From: a virus | DNA: 37,615 bases | Direction: 5' to 3' (one strand) | Virus record (IMG/VR): IMGVR_UViG_3300035662_003140 | In this document: in pieces, positions 16,798-26,091 of the stretch | How positions within the stretch are numbered: position 1 is the stretch's first letter | Layout of the letters: each line of letters starts with the position of its first letter | Position numbers and translations under genes: made by a program | The notes under the pieces: generated by a model | What the model was told of the DNA's origin: nothing | Database searches by the model: none | Seen by the model: only the letters and a program-made list of their open reading frames with translations

Positions 16798-19700
16798 TAG
16801 TCTTCGTCCTTCTTTATCATTACGTATACATAATGCACTACGAATGCAGATAACGTTGCTATTAGTGTGATCCTTCTAGTATCACCAGAAAGTGTTGCGA
16901 AAACGATCACACTTCCAGATATAGTAAAAGCCATCGCTGCGGTTTCCCTTGAGAACTTTTTAACAAAGCCCCATGGACTGAATTTTTTGCTCATTGTACC
17001 CTCCTGGTATTTGAATATGCTATTTTTTGTAAAGTTACCTTTTTCAGGGCCTTCAGGGCCCTCGATCTCAACTTCTTCTTCCTCTTCTTCTTCTTTTCTT
17101 CCAGCTGGCATGCCTTCGCCACCTGGCTTATTATTATTTGGACCACCGCCAGAACCAGAACCACCACCGAGTCCTCCTCCTGTTCCACCCATTGAAGCAG
17201 CTGCTGCAGCCAGTGCAGTTGTCGCTGCTATCATTGTCTTACGGGTTCCTACGTCGATACTAGAACCAACAGCAGTGTAATCGTCAAAGCCGTCACCATA
17301 GATGTCGACTTCTTGTTCTAGAGCTTCCTTAATGTCTTGCGGTGCGTCGGTAAGTGCTGCAGCCAATTCAGCTTCTTGTTCTGGCGTTACACTTGCTATA
17401 TCCAACGAAGCAAAAACTTCTGTAGCTTGCTCTGGGGTTATGCTTTCCAAAACTTTAGGGCTTGCAGAAAGTTCAGCTGATTCATCTGCTGATATTTCGT
17501 TTTCCAGAATTGAATCAACAGCTGCCGAGACTTGATCTTCGGTAACGGTCTCAGATTCAAAGACATTGACTAATTCAGAAAATTGTTCCTGGGTAAGAGG
17601 TTCATCTAAAACAGCGGAGATAATTGCATCAAACTTTTCGTCTGAAATTGGCTCGTCAAATACTGCGTCAAGTGCTGCGCTAAATTGCTCTACAGTCAAA
17701 GGCTCAGAGAATACGGCATCAACCGCAGCAGAAAAGCTTTCATCAGACATAGGTCCATCAAACACAGAATCAATCACTGTTACAAACTGCTCATCGTTTA
17801 GGTCCTGTGACAGTAAAGAATCTACTACTGCAGTTAATTCTTCAGGTGTATTAGCCTCTGTGATAAGATCACCAACAGCATCTGCGAGTTCCCCGTTTGA
17901 TAATGGACCGTCAAAAATATCTGCTACAGCAGCGTCTGCAGCATCTTGCACTTCTTCAGGAACTATAATATCTACTGGAGTGTCTTCTGGCTCTGGAGTA
18001 GGAACTGGATTTGGGTCTAGATCAGGGACTGAAACTGGAGTTTCATCTATTTCTGGAACAGAAACTGGACTTGGGTCTAAGTCAGGAATTGAAACAGTAG
18101 TATTTTCTGGTTCAGGTGTTGAAATTGGAGTTGGATCTAGTTCAGGTATTGAAACAGTAGTGTTTTCTGTTGGGATAGTTTCAATAGGAGGTAGAACAAC
18201 CGCTGGTGCAGTAGTTGTTGTTGTCGTGCCTGTTGGTACTTGTGGGATTGTCGTTGTAGTAGTTGTTGTAGTAGTATAAGGCTCTGATGTTGTTACATCA
18301 GCAACTTCCTGAGGACCGTACAAACAGTTCCCTACTGCTTCGCCCACACATGGGGCGGTGCCTGCTTGAATCTTAAACCTTACAGGGCCATAACCGGTTT
18401 GGCCTGAAGTATTAATTGTATAAGTAGTGTTGGCAGCATATGTCCAAACTCCCCAACCACCAGACTCTGTATTGTTATCTAAATCATAAAAAAGAATATT
18501 GTACACATACGGCTGTGTGTTACTTGCGTTTGGTGCATCCCAATCTAATGTCACGCTTCCATCATCATTTTCTACAGCTGTTAAGTTTTGAATTGAGTTA
18601 AAATAAGGTGCAGTAGTTGTAGTTGTTGTATCTGGCACTGTTGTTGTTGTTGTTGTTGTTGTTGTAGTGGTTGTAGTAGTTGTAGTGGTTGTAGTGGTTG
18701 TAGTGGTCGGTGCTGGTTCAGTAGTGGTAGTTGGAGGAAGAGTTGGTGCTGTTTCGTTATTTGGCTCAACTCCGCCAAATGTTTCGCAAGATCCACCCTG
18801 AGTACACTTTTGCGTTGATCCTATCTCGTCATCAACCATCAACACTGGAGGTAAACCTTGATCATCTAGGTTGAATGATGTAAAACCAAGTTTGTATGTT
18901 CCTGACACAGAGACTTCATAAGTTGATACTTGCCAACCAGTAGCGCCGTAGGAGTTTGTTGAATAATCTCCTGTGCCTGGGTTTGTAAAGCCCAAAAGGG
19001 CATATGATTGTTCAAAGTTATTAACTGTAATTACTGGAGTTGATGCAACAGTGACAGGAGTAAGCGATGTTATAGAACCATCATTAAATGGAACATAGTC
19101 AGTCGCCATATAGTTCCAAGACATTGTGTAAACTACACCCGCAGTTAATTGAACTTCACGAGTAATCCATGCTGCATCGGTTGGATTACCACCGCCAAAT
19201 CCAGCAGCAGTAGCCTGCTCTGCAAGCATGGTCTTAATTGCAGAGTTATCTGTTCCAGAAAGACCAAGTGCGGCGGTTGCTTGATTAAATGTTTGCTCAC
19301 CTTTTGGTTGCAAAGCAACAGCGTATGTTCCGCCATTTGGAGAAAATGTCCAGCTACCTGCAGCAACCGCTGAGGCATAGTATGGGTTCGGGCTGCCATT
19401 TGAAAGCGTTGGGCTTCCCATTGCGCCATTTGGACCATGAGTAAATGTCCTTGAGCCATTGAATATGGTTACTCCAGTGCCACCTCCGTTAATTGAACTC
19501 CCAAGGGTTCCTGTTTGTGATCCCCTTGACCAACCAGTAAAGGTGTTATCTTCAAATCCCGCATTTGGAATAGAAACAGAGCTGCCAGTAGCATTTGCCT
19601 GAAATCCAGCTGAAGTAAAAATTGAAACGGCTATCATAGGCACAAAAACCCATGCAGCCGAACGCGAAAAGGCCTTACTAATTTTTTTAAATATATTCAC
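16797..19700 (-). CDS. Large secreted/surface-anchored repeat protein (967 aa)
   Basis: Signal peptide-like N-terminus, FnIII-like segment 'NLTAVENDDGSVTLDWDAP...', Thr/Pro-rich linkers, repeated 'AVDAVFxEPLTxEQFSAALDAVFDEPISDEKF', C-terminal hydrophobic segments. Confidence 0.8.
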   Translation of the reverse strand: MNIFKKISKAFSRSAAWVFVPMIAVSIFTSAGFQANATGSSVSIPNAGFEDNTFTGWSRGSQTGTLGSSINGGGTGVTIFNGSRTFTHGPNGAMGSPTLSNGSPNPYYASAVAAGSWTFSPNGGTYAVALQPKGEQTFNQATAALGLSGTDNSAIKTMLAEQATAAGFGGGNPTDAAWITREVQLTAGVVYTMSWNYMATDYVPFNDGSITSLTPVTVASTPVITVNNFEQSYALLGFTNPGTGDYSTNSYGATGWQVSTYEVSVSGTYKLGFTSFNLDDQGLPPVLMVDDEIGSTQKCTQGGSCETFGGVEPNNETAPTLPPTTTTEPAPTTTTTTTTTTTTTTTTTTTTTTTVPDTTTTTTAPYFNSIQNLTAVENDDGSVTLDWDAPNASNTQPYVYNILFYDLDNNTESGGWGVWTYAANTTYTINTSGQTGYGPVRFKIQAGTAPCVGEAVGNCLYGPQEVADVTTSEPYTTTTTTTTTIPQVPTGTTTTTTAPAVVLPPIETIPTENTTVSIPELDPTPISTPEPENTTVSIPDLDPSPVSVPEIDETPVSVPDLDPNPVPTPEPEDTPVDIIVPEEVQDAADAAVADIFDGPLSNGELADAVGDLITEANTPEELTAVVDSLLSQDLNDEQFVTVIDSVFDGPMSDESFSAAVDAVFSEPLTVEQFSAALDAVFDEPISDEKFDAIISAVLDEPLTQEQFSELVNVFESETVTEDQVSAAVDSILENEISADESAELSASPKVLESITPEQATEVFASLDIASVTPEQEAELAAALTDAPQDIKEALEQEVDIYGDGFDDYTAVGSSIDVGTRKTMIAATTALAAAAASMGGTGGGLGGGSGSGGGPNNNKPGGEGMPAGRKEEEEEEEVEIEGPEGPEKGNFTKNSIFKYQEGTMSKKFSPWGFVKKFSRETAAMAFTISGSVIVFATLSGDTRRITLIATLSAFVVHYVYVMIKKDED
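18581..18760 (-). repeat. Low-complexity ACN-codon (poly-Thr) tract within the surface-protein gene
   Basis: Tandem 'gttgtagtggttgtagtggttgtagtggt' on the + strand, encoding TTTTTTTT... on the - strand. Confidence 0.85.
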
Positions 19701-19766
19701 TGGACCCCTCCAATTATGTACTGTTATAGTAACAACTCATAATAAAAATTAGTCCATAGAAAGGGA

Positions 19767-19800
19767 AGAACCCCAGTAGAAATTAATCCACTGGGGTTCT
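19767..19800. promoter_or_regulatory. Perfect 11-bp inverted repeat upstream of the surface-protein gene
   Basis: AGAACCCCAGT (19767-19777) ... ACTGGGGTTCT (19790-19800), 12-nt loop; no adjacent T tract. Confidence 0.5.
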
Positions 19801-19841
19801 GCACCGGCCTCCGTAGCAAGGAGATTATTATATCACATAGC

Positions 19842-19967
19842 TTAGTCTATATCTATCTCATCATCAAAGTCTTTTATAGTGTCAATAACAATATAAAATA
19901 GTGCTACTGGCATTGCAAACATTGATAAAAAGATACTAAAAACTAAAATGTTTTTTAAAATACTCAC
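19842..19967 (-). CDS. Small single-TM protein (41 aa), GTG start
   Basis: VSILKNILVFSIFLSMFAMPVALFYIVVIDT-like hydrophobic ORF starting just after the endolysin stop; below the supplied track's length cutoff. Confidence 0.35.
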   Translation of the reverse strand: MSILKNILVFSIFLSMFAMPVALFYIVIDTIKDFDDEIDID

Positions 19968-19977
19968 TGATACCGTA

Positions 19978-20856
19978 TTACTTCATGCGCAAAAGAGCAA
20001 ATACTTTTGCACCAGCTCTTCCATCAGCCTTAAGACCTTTGGCAGCTTTGAACTTGTTTACAGAATCTTCTGTTACTTTTCCAAAGTCTCCATCTGCTTT
20101 GCCTGCATAAACCTTATGCTTTGCAAGAAGCTTTTGAAGCTCTACAACTTCTGGTCCTTTAGATCCAACAGACAAAACCTTGTCGTTGTCTGGATCTGCA
20201 GCCTTCTGTTGTTCTACTGGAACAGGAGCTGCTACTGGAGCAGGTGCTGCTACTGGAGCAGGTGCTGCACCGGAGAGTGCAGGAGCTTGCTTATCGCCAA
20301 TGCAATACTGCCAATGCCAAGCTTCATACTCTGGGTTTGCTTTACCGTCTGGCTTAGTTGGTGCACCCTGTAGGTAGAACCCATAATTAGGTGCATTTTC
20401 AGTCATCCATGCGTAAGCCTTTGTTCCACCAATACCAACGATCTTACCTTTTGCATCAACAGCAAGGTCGATAGCCAATCCAAAACCGTGGTTAGAGGTT
20501 CCAGGGCTACCCGAAGGTGCCATGCCCTTCTTAAGATACCATTTCTTTCCTTCATAGGTTCTAGTAATCTCTGGCTTACGGTCAGTTGGCTTGTCGCTGT
20601 ATCTTTCCTTAAACATTGAAAGCTGTTGCTCAACTGGTCGATAGTCACCAATGTTACGAAGCTTATGGCCTGCAGCCAATGCAGCATCATACATTGCATT
20701 GAATGCGTCTGCTGCTCCGGTCCACATAACACCGCCACACTTAACCTTCTTCTTCATCTTGTCGGTTAATTTGCCGTTACCAACCTTTTCTACCTCTTTA
20801 GGTAGAACCATTTTTGCTACGGGATGGGTCCCTTTGTCTTTGTTTAAAATGCTCAT
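19978..20856 (-). CDS. Endolysin: VanY-like D-Ala-D-Ala carboxypeptidase (M15) plus C-terminal peptidoglycan-binding domain
   Basis: 'SGSPGTSNHGFGLAIDLAVD', 'AWHWQYC', and 'LSVGSKGPEVVELQKLLAKHKVYAGKADGDFGKVTEDSVNKFKAAKGL'. Confidence 0.92.
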   Translation of the reverse strand: MSILNKDKGTHPVAKMVLPKEVEKVGNGKLTDKMKKKVKCGGVMWTGAADAFNAMYDAALAAGHKLRNIGDYRPVEQQLSMFKERYSDKPTDRKPEITRTYEGKKWYLKKGMAPSGSPGTSNHGFGLAIDLAVDAKGKIVGIGGTKAYAWMTENAPNYGFYLQGAPTKPDGKANPEYEAWHWQYCIGDKQAPALSGAAPAPVAAPAPVAAPVPVEQQKAADPDNDKVLSVGSKGPEVVELQKLLAKHKVYAGKADGDFGKVTEDSVNKFKAAKGLKADGRAGAKVFALLRMK

Positions 20857-20903
20857 TATTCTCCTTGGTTTGACTCTCTATTATAGTAATAGATTCTTCG
20901 CCA

Positions 20904-20936
20904 GAAAAAACTTAGCCCCCCATTTTACTGGGGGGC
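20904..20936 (-). terminator. Possible rho-independent terminator ahead of the endolysin gene
   Basis: On the - strand GCCCCCCA-GTAAAA-TGGGGGGC then TAAGTTTTTT; T tract is offset from the stem. Confidence 0.5.
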
Positions 20937-21057
20937 CTCGTAGCTCTTTACTGTCGGTTTCCGTGATATTTATTATACCACATCCACCTTCAGCGCATCT
21001 GACTTCGTAGAAATATTATACCACCTTATTGGTGGAAAAGGCAACTTGTTTGTCGTT

Positions 21058-21741
21058 TTAAGAAATGCCTAAGGAAGCTTTTATTTTAACAATATCATTA
21101 TCCATATGATTATGCAGATAGTTTTCCCATTCTGCGCCATCAATTGAATATCTTTCTGGGGTATTTGTTTCAGAATATGATGCGTCCATATCTGATTTTC
21201 CAACAGAGTAATGAAGGTGTTCTATTATTACATTAGGACAGTATGTAATTGCTTCAAGCTTTAGCCCTACTTGCATCCAAAAATCATCAGCATATAGGTG
21301 CTTCTTTGGGTGGATAGGAAGAACCATGTTCCCATCAAGTGGTTTGATTATATTAGTGGAGAACATAACAGCGGTGCAAAGTTTTTCTCCCTGCAGGAGA
21401 TCATCGCCGTAAGAAAATCCATACCCTCTTTTTTCTATTGGTTCTAATAAAATCTGATCCCAGTTTTTTGTTCTAATCCTATGATCATCTCCCATGAAGG
21501 CAAAGTACTCGTAGTCGTTGAAGTATTTTTGCGAGATTAGATTCATTGTCTGAGGAGCATACACCCTAGGACCAACCTCATACATTGCTCCATCAATTCT
21601 TTCGTAATTGTGCTCATCATCTTCATCTAGACCAAAGACTATGTCACAGTCAAAAGAGTTTTCCATATATGTGCTATAAAGCTCTTTGACTTTATCCGGC
21701 CTACCTCTAGTAGGAACAATTAACAACACTTTTTTATTCAT
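21058..21741 (-). CDS. Glycosyltransferase-like protein (GT-A type)
   Basis: 'KKVLLIVPTRGRPDKVKELYSTYM', 'FAFMGDDHRIRTKNWD', 'LYADDFWMQVGLKLEAITYCPNVIIEHLHY'. Confidence 0.72.
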   Translation of the reverse strand: MNKKVLLIVPTRGRPDKVKELYSTYMENSFDCDIVFGLDEDDEHNYERIDGAMYEVGPRVYAPQTMNLISQKYFNDYEYFAFMGDDHRIRTKNWDQILLEPIEKRGYGFSYGDDLLQGEKLCTAVMFSTNIIKPLDGNMVLPIHPKKHLYADDFWMQVGLKLEAITYCPNVIIEHLHYSVGKSDMDASYSETNTPERYSIDGAEWENYLHNHMDNDIVKIKASLGIS

Positions 21742-22395
21742 TTATTTTATCTCCGCATTTATGTACCAATCATCCCATTCTGATATGGAATCGAATATTC
21801 TTATAAAATTTTTCTCTTCTAGAAAATTCTTTATCTTTTCTCTGTTATCAGAATAGTTATGCTCAACCGTAATAATGTTTATGTGTCTAGAGAAATCATA
21901 TTCTTTTATAATATCAAATTCAGACCCTTCTGTGTCCATTGATAGATAATCAATTATAGCAGGTGCCGAAAAGTTATTTAAAAGATCAGATAAAGATATA
22001 GTTTCGACCTCATATGTGAGTCCATTGATCCTACTTACAGAATGTAAATCAGATTCTTTATATGAAGATATTGTAGAGAGCTCTTCATGTTCAGATTCAA
22101 AGAAACTAATTACATCTCCGCTTTTACTGTAAACGCATTTGTCAACGATAGTACATTTTCTATTAGCACTTAGTCTATCTTTATAAACTCTAGCTGGTTC
22201 GCATAAGATACCTGACCAGCCATAGTCTTTTTCTAGCAGAAAAGTGTTAGATATATTAACGCCATCAGCTGCACCAAATTCAATAAAATATCCATCTCTC
22301 TTATTCTTTAGGGCCCATAGGACTAGTGCATCTTGGCCTAGTTGAGAATTAATATTAAATTCTTTTTTAAAACTAATAAAATCATTTATATTCAT
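21742..22395 (-). CDS. FkbM-family methyltransferase
   Basis: 'GYFIEFGAADGVNISNTFLLEKDYGWSGILCEP', 'IDYLSMDTEGSEFDII', 'NIITVEHNY'. Confidence 0.9.
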   Translation of the reverse strand: MNINDFISFKKEFNINSQLGQDALVLWALKNKRDGYFIEFGAADGVNISNTFLLEKDYGWSGILCEPARVYKDRLSANRKCTIVDKCVYSKSGDVISFFESEHEELSTISSYKESDLHSVSRINGLTYEVETISLSDLLNNFSAPAIIDYLSMDTEGSEFDIIKEYDFSRHINIITVEHNYSDNREKIKNFLEEKNFIRIFDSISEWDDWYINAEIK

Positions 22396-22410
22396 TTACT
22401 TTTTAACAAT

Positions 22411-23190
22411 CTAAACATAAAACCCCGGATGCTTATTCAAAACATATTCCTTTGATTTTTCCATATTACTAAACCAATTTGGATTGCTATTTCTAATAGT
22501 GGAACTTTCAAGTGCCTGTTGTTGAGATGCAACCCAGTTAACTGAATTACTTGCATCTGCAAATCTCCAAAACTGAAAAGTAAAACCCTGTTTTGCGCAC
22601 CTTAATGTGTGCTCTAGGTGTTCCCAGCTATTATAGCACAAAGCTTCATCCATTAAACCAACTTCTTCAATGCATTTCTTAGTGTAGAACGAGTATGATC
22701 CACAGCATGCTGTAAAAACGTCTATTCCATCGACTACTAGATCAGACTCACCAATCTCAGTAAGATCGCTAACAGCTAATGGAGAAGTATTCATGGGACT
22801 GTGATGGGCATAGTTAAAATGTTGAACATTGCTTTTTATCGAAACATCTATGTAACCAGTCACAGCTTTTTCGTCGATAATTTGCATGTCGTTTTCCATT
22901 AAAAATATATAATCACAATTTTTATCTATAATTTTTTTTAGACAATTATTTTTTGTTACTGCAACGCTTTTATTTGTTTCGTTGATTATGTATTCGTATT
23001 CAAAATTAAAATTAAATTCATTAAGTATCTGATGTATTTCATCTCTATGTATTTCAGATGCATCGTCGCATACTACCAAATAGTCAACAACACCACTTAG
23101 CTTATCTGCAACACTAGCTAAGGCTGTTCTTAAATATTCAGGACGTTCATGAGTGGGTATACCAACCCCAACTTTTTTATTTAAATACAT
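22411..23190 (-). CDS. Glycosyltransferase family 2
   Basis: 'VGVGIPTHERPEYLRTALASV', 'YLVVCDDASE', 'NCDYIFLMENDMQIID'. Confidence 0.85.
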   Translation of the reverse strand: MYLNKKVGVGIPTHERPEYLRTALASVADKLSGVVDYLVVCDDASEIHRDEIHQILNEFNFNFEYEYIINETNKSVAVTKNNCLKKIIDKNCDYIFLMENDMQIIDEKAVTGYIDVSIKSNVQHFNYAHHSPMNTSPLAVSDLTEIGESDLVVDGIDVFTACCGSYSFYTKKCIEEVGLMDEALCYNSWEHLEHTLRCAKQGFTFQFWRFADASNSVNWVASQQQALESSTIRNSNPNWFSNMEKSKEYVLNKHPGFYV

Positions 23191-24156
23191 TTATAGTTCC
23201 CCGTCTATTCTTTCGCGTATCCAATTATATGTTTTTTTAATTCCTTCAGATAAAGGAAGAGAATAATTCCAGTTTAACTTTTCTTTAATTAAATTGTTGT
23301 TTGAATTTCTTCCTCTTACTCCAGTTGGACCAGGGATGTGTGATTTGACCAAGTGCTTTCCTTCTATAGAGGAAGCTAGGTCTACCAGTTGGTTAATGCT
23401 AACCATTTCTTCTGAACCAATATTGACTGGTCCAATAAAATCAGAATCCATGAGTCTACGAGTAGCCTCAATGCATTCGTCTATATAAAGAAACGATCTT
23501 GTCTGTTCTCCATCCCCCCATATTTCTATAGAGTCTTGGTCTGACGCCACTGCAACTTTTCTACAAATGGCTGCGGGTGCTTTCTCTTTGCCACCTTTCC
23601 AAGTCCCTTCAGGGCCAAATATATTATGGTATCTAGCAACTCTCACTTTTATTCCATAGTTTCTGTGGAAAGAAAAATAAAGTCTTTCACTAAAAAGTTT
23701 TTCCCATCCATACTCACTGTCTGGATTTGCGGGATATGCAGAAGACTCTTCGCAATTTGGATTATTTGGGTCCATTTGGTTATGCTCTGGGTAAATACAT
23801 GCGGAGCTACTGTAGAAGATTTTAGTGTTTATAGAATTGTTTTTAATTGAATTTAATACATTTAGATTAATTGTTGCTGAGTTATGCATAACATCTGCAT
23901 CGTGATCGCCAGTAAATATATACCCAGCACCGCCCATGTCTGCGGCAAATTGATATATTTCATCAAATCCAATTAAGATTTCATCAACAAACTGTGAGTC
24001 TCTTAGATCTCCAATTAAAAATTCATCTGCAGATGATTTAGAGAAATCAGGCAGCTTTAAGTCTACAGCTCTTACCCAATATCCTTCTTGTTTTAATCTT
24101 CTTACCATGTGGCTTCCGATAAAGCCACCACCACCTAAGACTAATGCTCTCTTCAT
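23191..24156 (-). CDS. NAD-dependent epimerase, GDP-mannose 3,5-epimerase-like
   Basis: 'VLGGGGFIGSHMVRRLKQEGYWVRAVD', 'AADMGGAGYI', 'SSSACIYPE', 'YGWEKLFSERL', 'GTWKGGKEKAPAAICRK', 'IWGDGEQTRSFLYIDEC', 'NIGSEEMVSINQL', 'HIPGPTGVRGRNS'. Confidence 0.92.
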   Translation of the reverse strand: MKRALVLGGGGFIGSHMVRRLKQEGYWVRAVDLKLPDFSKSSADEFLIGDLRDSQFVDEILIGFDEIYQFAADMGGAGYIFTGDHDADVMHNSATINLNVLNSIKNNSINTKIFYSSSACIYPEHNQMDPNNPNCEESSAYPANPDSEYGWEKLFSERLYFSFHRNYGIKVRVARYHNIFGPEGTWKGGKEKAPAAICRKVAVASDQDSIEIWGDGEQTRSFLYIDECIEATRRLMDSDFIGPVNIGSEEMVSINQLVDLASSIEGKHLVKSHIPGPTGVRGRNSNNNLIKEKLNWNYSLPLSEGIKKTYNWIRERIDGEL

Positions 24157-24175
24157 TTAACTCTCCTTTATAGGG

Positions 24176-25054
24176 TTATTGGATCGATGATCCATCATAA
24201 TTAACCCCTCGCGCATGCCAAACCTTTAGTCTAGATTCTTCATCCATCCATCCAGTGCCATAGTCCCAACCGTAGTGGTACTCATGTGCCCACATGCACT
24301 TGAGGGCTTCAAGCTCATTAAAGTAGAAGCCACCCCACTTCTTATTGAACCAATCCCATGATTGGGCTCCAAGTTCAGACCAGGTTTTTTCGTTGCCCTC
24401 TCCACTAGCATGGCCTACATGGTTAACGTAACCACTTTGAGAAATAAACAGTGGTAGCCCCATAGCCTTGATCCTTATGCTGGTGTCAAAGTCGTCTGCA
24501 CCCAAAGGCATAGCGTTGTCTAGAGGCCCCATAAGCTTGAAGGACTCTGCTCTCATTAGTATACACGCTCCTTGCAAGCTAGAGGCTCTAGTGGGTGGCC
24601 TATTCTTTATCGCTGCGTAGAAGTCTTCACGCGAACTAAAACTAGAGTCTTCAGGGTGGTGGATAATATGATCTTGCATTCCTCCTAGTGCGCTGCCAGT
24701 TGGCCCCACTGCACCTGCGTTAGTCTCTATTAGATCCTTGACCATTCTTTCTAGGGACTCATTTGGATAGCTAATATCATTATTGGAATAATGTATTATC
24801 TTCTCTTGATCATAGTATCTGTTAAACGCTGCGTTGATCGCAGGAGTCCAGTACATATTCTGGTCAGATGCATGAACTGTTATCAAATCACCAAACATAT
24901 TGTTTAGTTGTTCCACTGTTCCATCTTTTGAATTGTTATCCCAGACGACAATCTTAGTTTTGATAGTCTGATTCAACAGACTTTCTACGGTCATGTATGT
25001 GTTCTTGAAATCATTGTATGAAATGATTATAGAAAGTATGCTCTTCTGGTCCAT
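24176..25054 (-). CDS. Glycosyltransferase family 2
   Basis: 'LSIIISYNDFKNTYMTVESLLNQTIKTKIVVWDNNSKDGTVEQL', 'GPTGSALGGM', 'SLQGACILMRAESFKLMGPLDNAMPLGADDFDTSIR'. Confidence 0.85.
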   Translation of the reverse strand: MDQKSILSIIISYNDFKNTYMTVESLLNQTIKTKIVVWDNNSKDGTVEQLNNMFGDLITVHASDQNMYWTPAINAAFNRYYDQEKIIHYSNNDISYPNESLERMVKDLIETNAGAVGPTGSALGGMQDHIIHHPEDSSFSSREDFYAAIKNRPPTRASSLQGACILMRAESFKLMGPLDNAMPLGADDFDTSIRIKAMGLPLFISQSGYVNHVGHASGEGNEKTWSELGAQSWDWFNKKWGGFYFNELEALKCMWAHEYHYGWDYGTGWMDEESRLKVWHARGVNYDGSSIQ

Positions 25055-25063
25055 TTTATCCTC

Positions 25064-25843
25064 TTAGTTAAATACCTTGGTGGTTATTACATTGCCTTTT
25101 CGTTCTTCCATCGGAGGCATTTCTCTTATGACAAGAACTCTTTGTATCCATCTGTCCGTACCATCGTACCTAGGTTGAAACTCCCTACGTCCGTGGATAG
25201 TGCTATTGTTATCTATAACCAATAGATCACCAGATTGTAACACGATGTCAATTGTACATTGTTTTATGGCTGAACGCAAACTAACTAACGCGTTATTTGC
25301 TTCTTCATTTATTCCGCGCACAAAGTAACTATCGTAAGTGAAGGTAAGCTTGCCGTCTTTTTCCCCAACAATACTTATTGGTATCTGCTGGTCTTCTTCC
25401 CCGTTTGATCTAAAACTTATGTCTACACTGGTAGTAAAGATTTTCTTTTTTAAAACTTTTCTAGTATCTGGATCTAATATTTTTAGCACATCGGACAAAT
25501 TAGCATACGTTGTTACAGCATTGGGGTCACCTCTAAGACAAAACAGCATAACGTAATCTGGCTTGTAGGGGTGAAATGCAGTTTCTGTATGCATCTCCAG
25601 CTCTACTTTAGATGAAGTAGATATTTGCTGGTGCTCCGTTTTATGAACTGGAACTATATTCTGTATAGTCAAGCCGTTTTGCTCTTGTATGTAACCAACA
25701 GGAAAACCAAATCGGTAGGCGTACTTATACACTATGTCTTTTACCTGTTGAAGCGCATAGTCAGGGTACGGAGTTGCCGGAGTCTTTGGTATGTCACCAA
25801 ATTCAAGGTCTTTAAATATTATTACGCCCATGTTAAATGTCAA
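25064..25843 (-). CDS. Clavaminate synthase-like Fe(II)/2OG dioxygenase (AsnO/VioC-type amino-acid Cbeta-hydroxylase family)
   Basis: HxE variant 'LEMHTETAFHPYKPDYVMLFCLRGDP' and 'GDLLVIDNNSTIHGRREFQPRYDGTDRWIQRVLVIRE'. Confidence 0.87.
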   Translation of the reverse strand: MTFNMGVIIFKDLEFGDIPKTPATPYPDYALQQVKDIVYKYAYRFGFPVGYIQEQNGLTIQNIVPVHKTEHQQISTSSKVELEMHTETAFHPYKPDYVMLFCLRGDPNAVTTYANLSDVLKILDPDTRKVLKKKIFTTSVDISFRSNGEEDQQIPISIVGEKDGKLTFTYDSYFVRGINEEANNALVSLRSAIKQCTIDIVLQSGDLLVIDNNSTIHGRREFQPRYDGTDRWIQRVLVIREMPPMEERKGNVITTKVFN

Positions 25844-26054
25844 CCATCAAAGTTTTCATAATCAAAAGATTTAATCTATGAAGATCATGTGGGGACATAC
25901 TAAAAACAAAATCATGTCCTTCAACAGTTTGTATACTGATGCAGTGCACATCGACAATTTCTCCGCTTGATGCAAGGGAGTTAGTAAGAGCCGAGACTGT
26001 AACATTTTTGATTAATGGCATAAAGCCATCGAACATAGAGTAACCGTTTTCCAT
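25833..26054 (-). CDS. Small hypothetical protein (73 aa)
   Basis: Intact ORF overlapping the start of the dioxygenase gene by 11 bp. Confidence 0.6.
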   Translation of the reverse strand: MENGYSMFDGFMPLIKNVTVSALTNSLASSGEIVDVHCISIQTVEGHDFVFSMSPHDLHRLNLLIMKTLMVDI

Positions 26055-26091
26055 GCACCTATTATACTACAAGATAAAGTAGTAGGCTGTA

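Noticed and set aside
17566-18279. 237-aa + strand ORF and other + strand ORFs (16867..17280, 17302..17535, 19149..19373) inside the surface-protein region
   Set aside because: Antisense to a 967-aa ORF with signal peptide and domain structure; compositions are mirror images of the repeat-rich coding strand.
18581-18760. Tandem short repeats that could suggest a CRISPR or microsatellite locus
   Set aside because: Units are a few bp, with no unique spacers; they are in-frame ACN codons for a poly-Thr linker.
19948-20377. + strand ORFs 19948..20373 and 20180..20377 and - strand alternative frame 20403..20738
   Set aside because: They overlap the well-supported VanY-like endolysin; Cys/Ser-rich translations look like wrong-frame reading.
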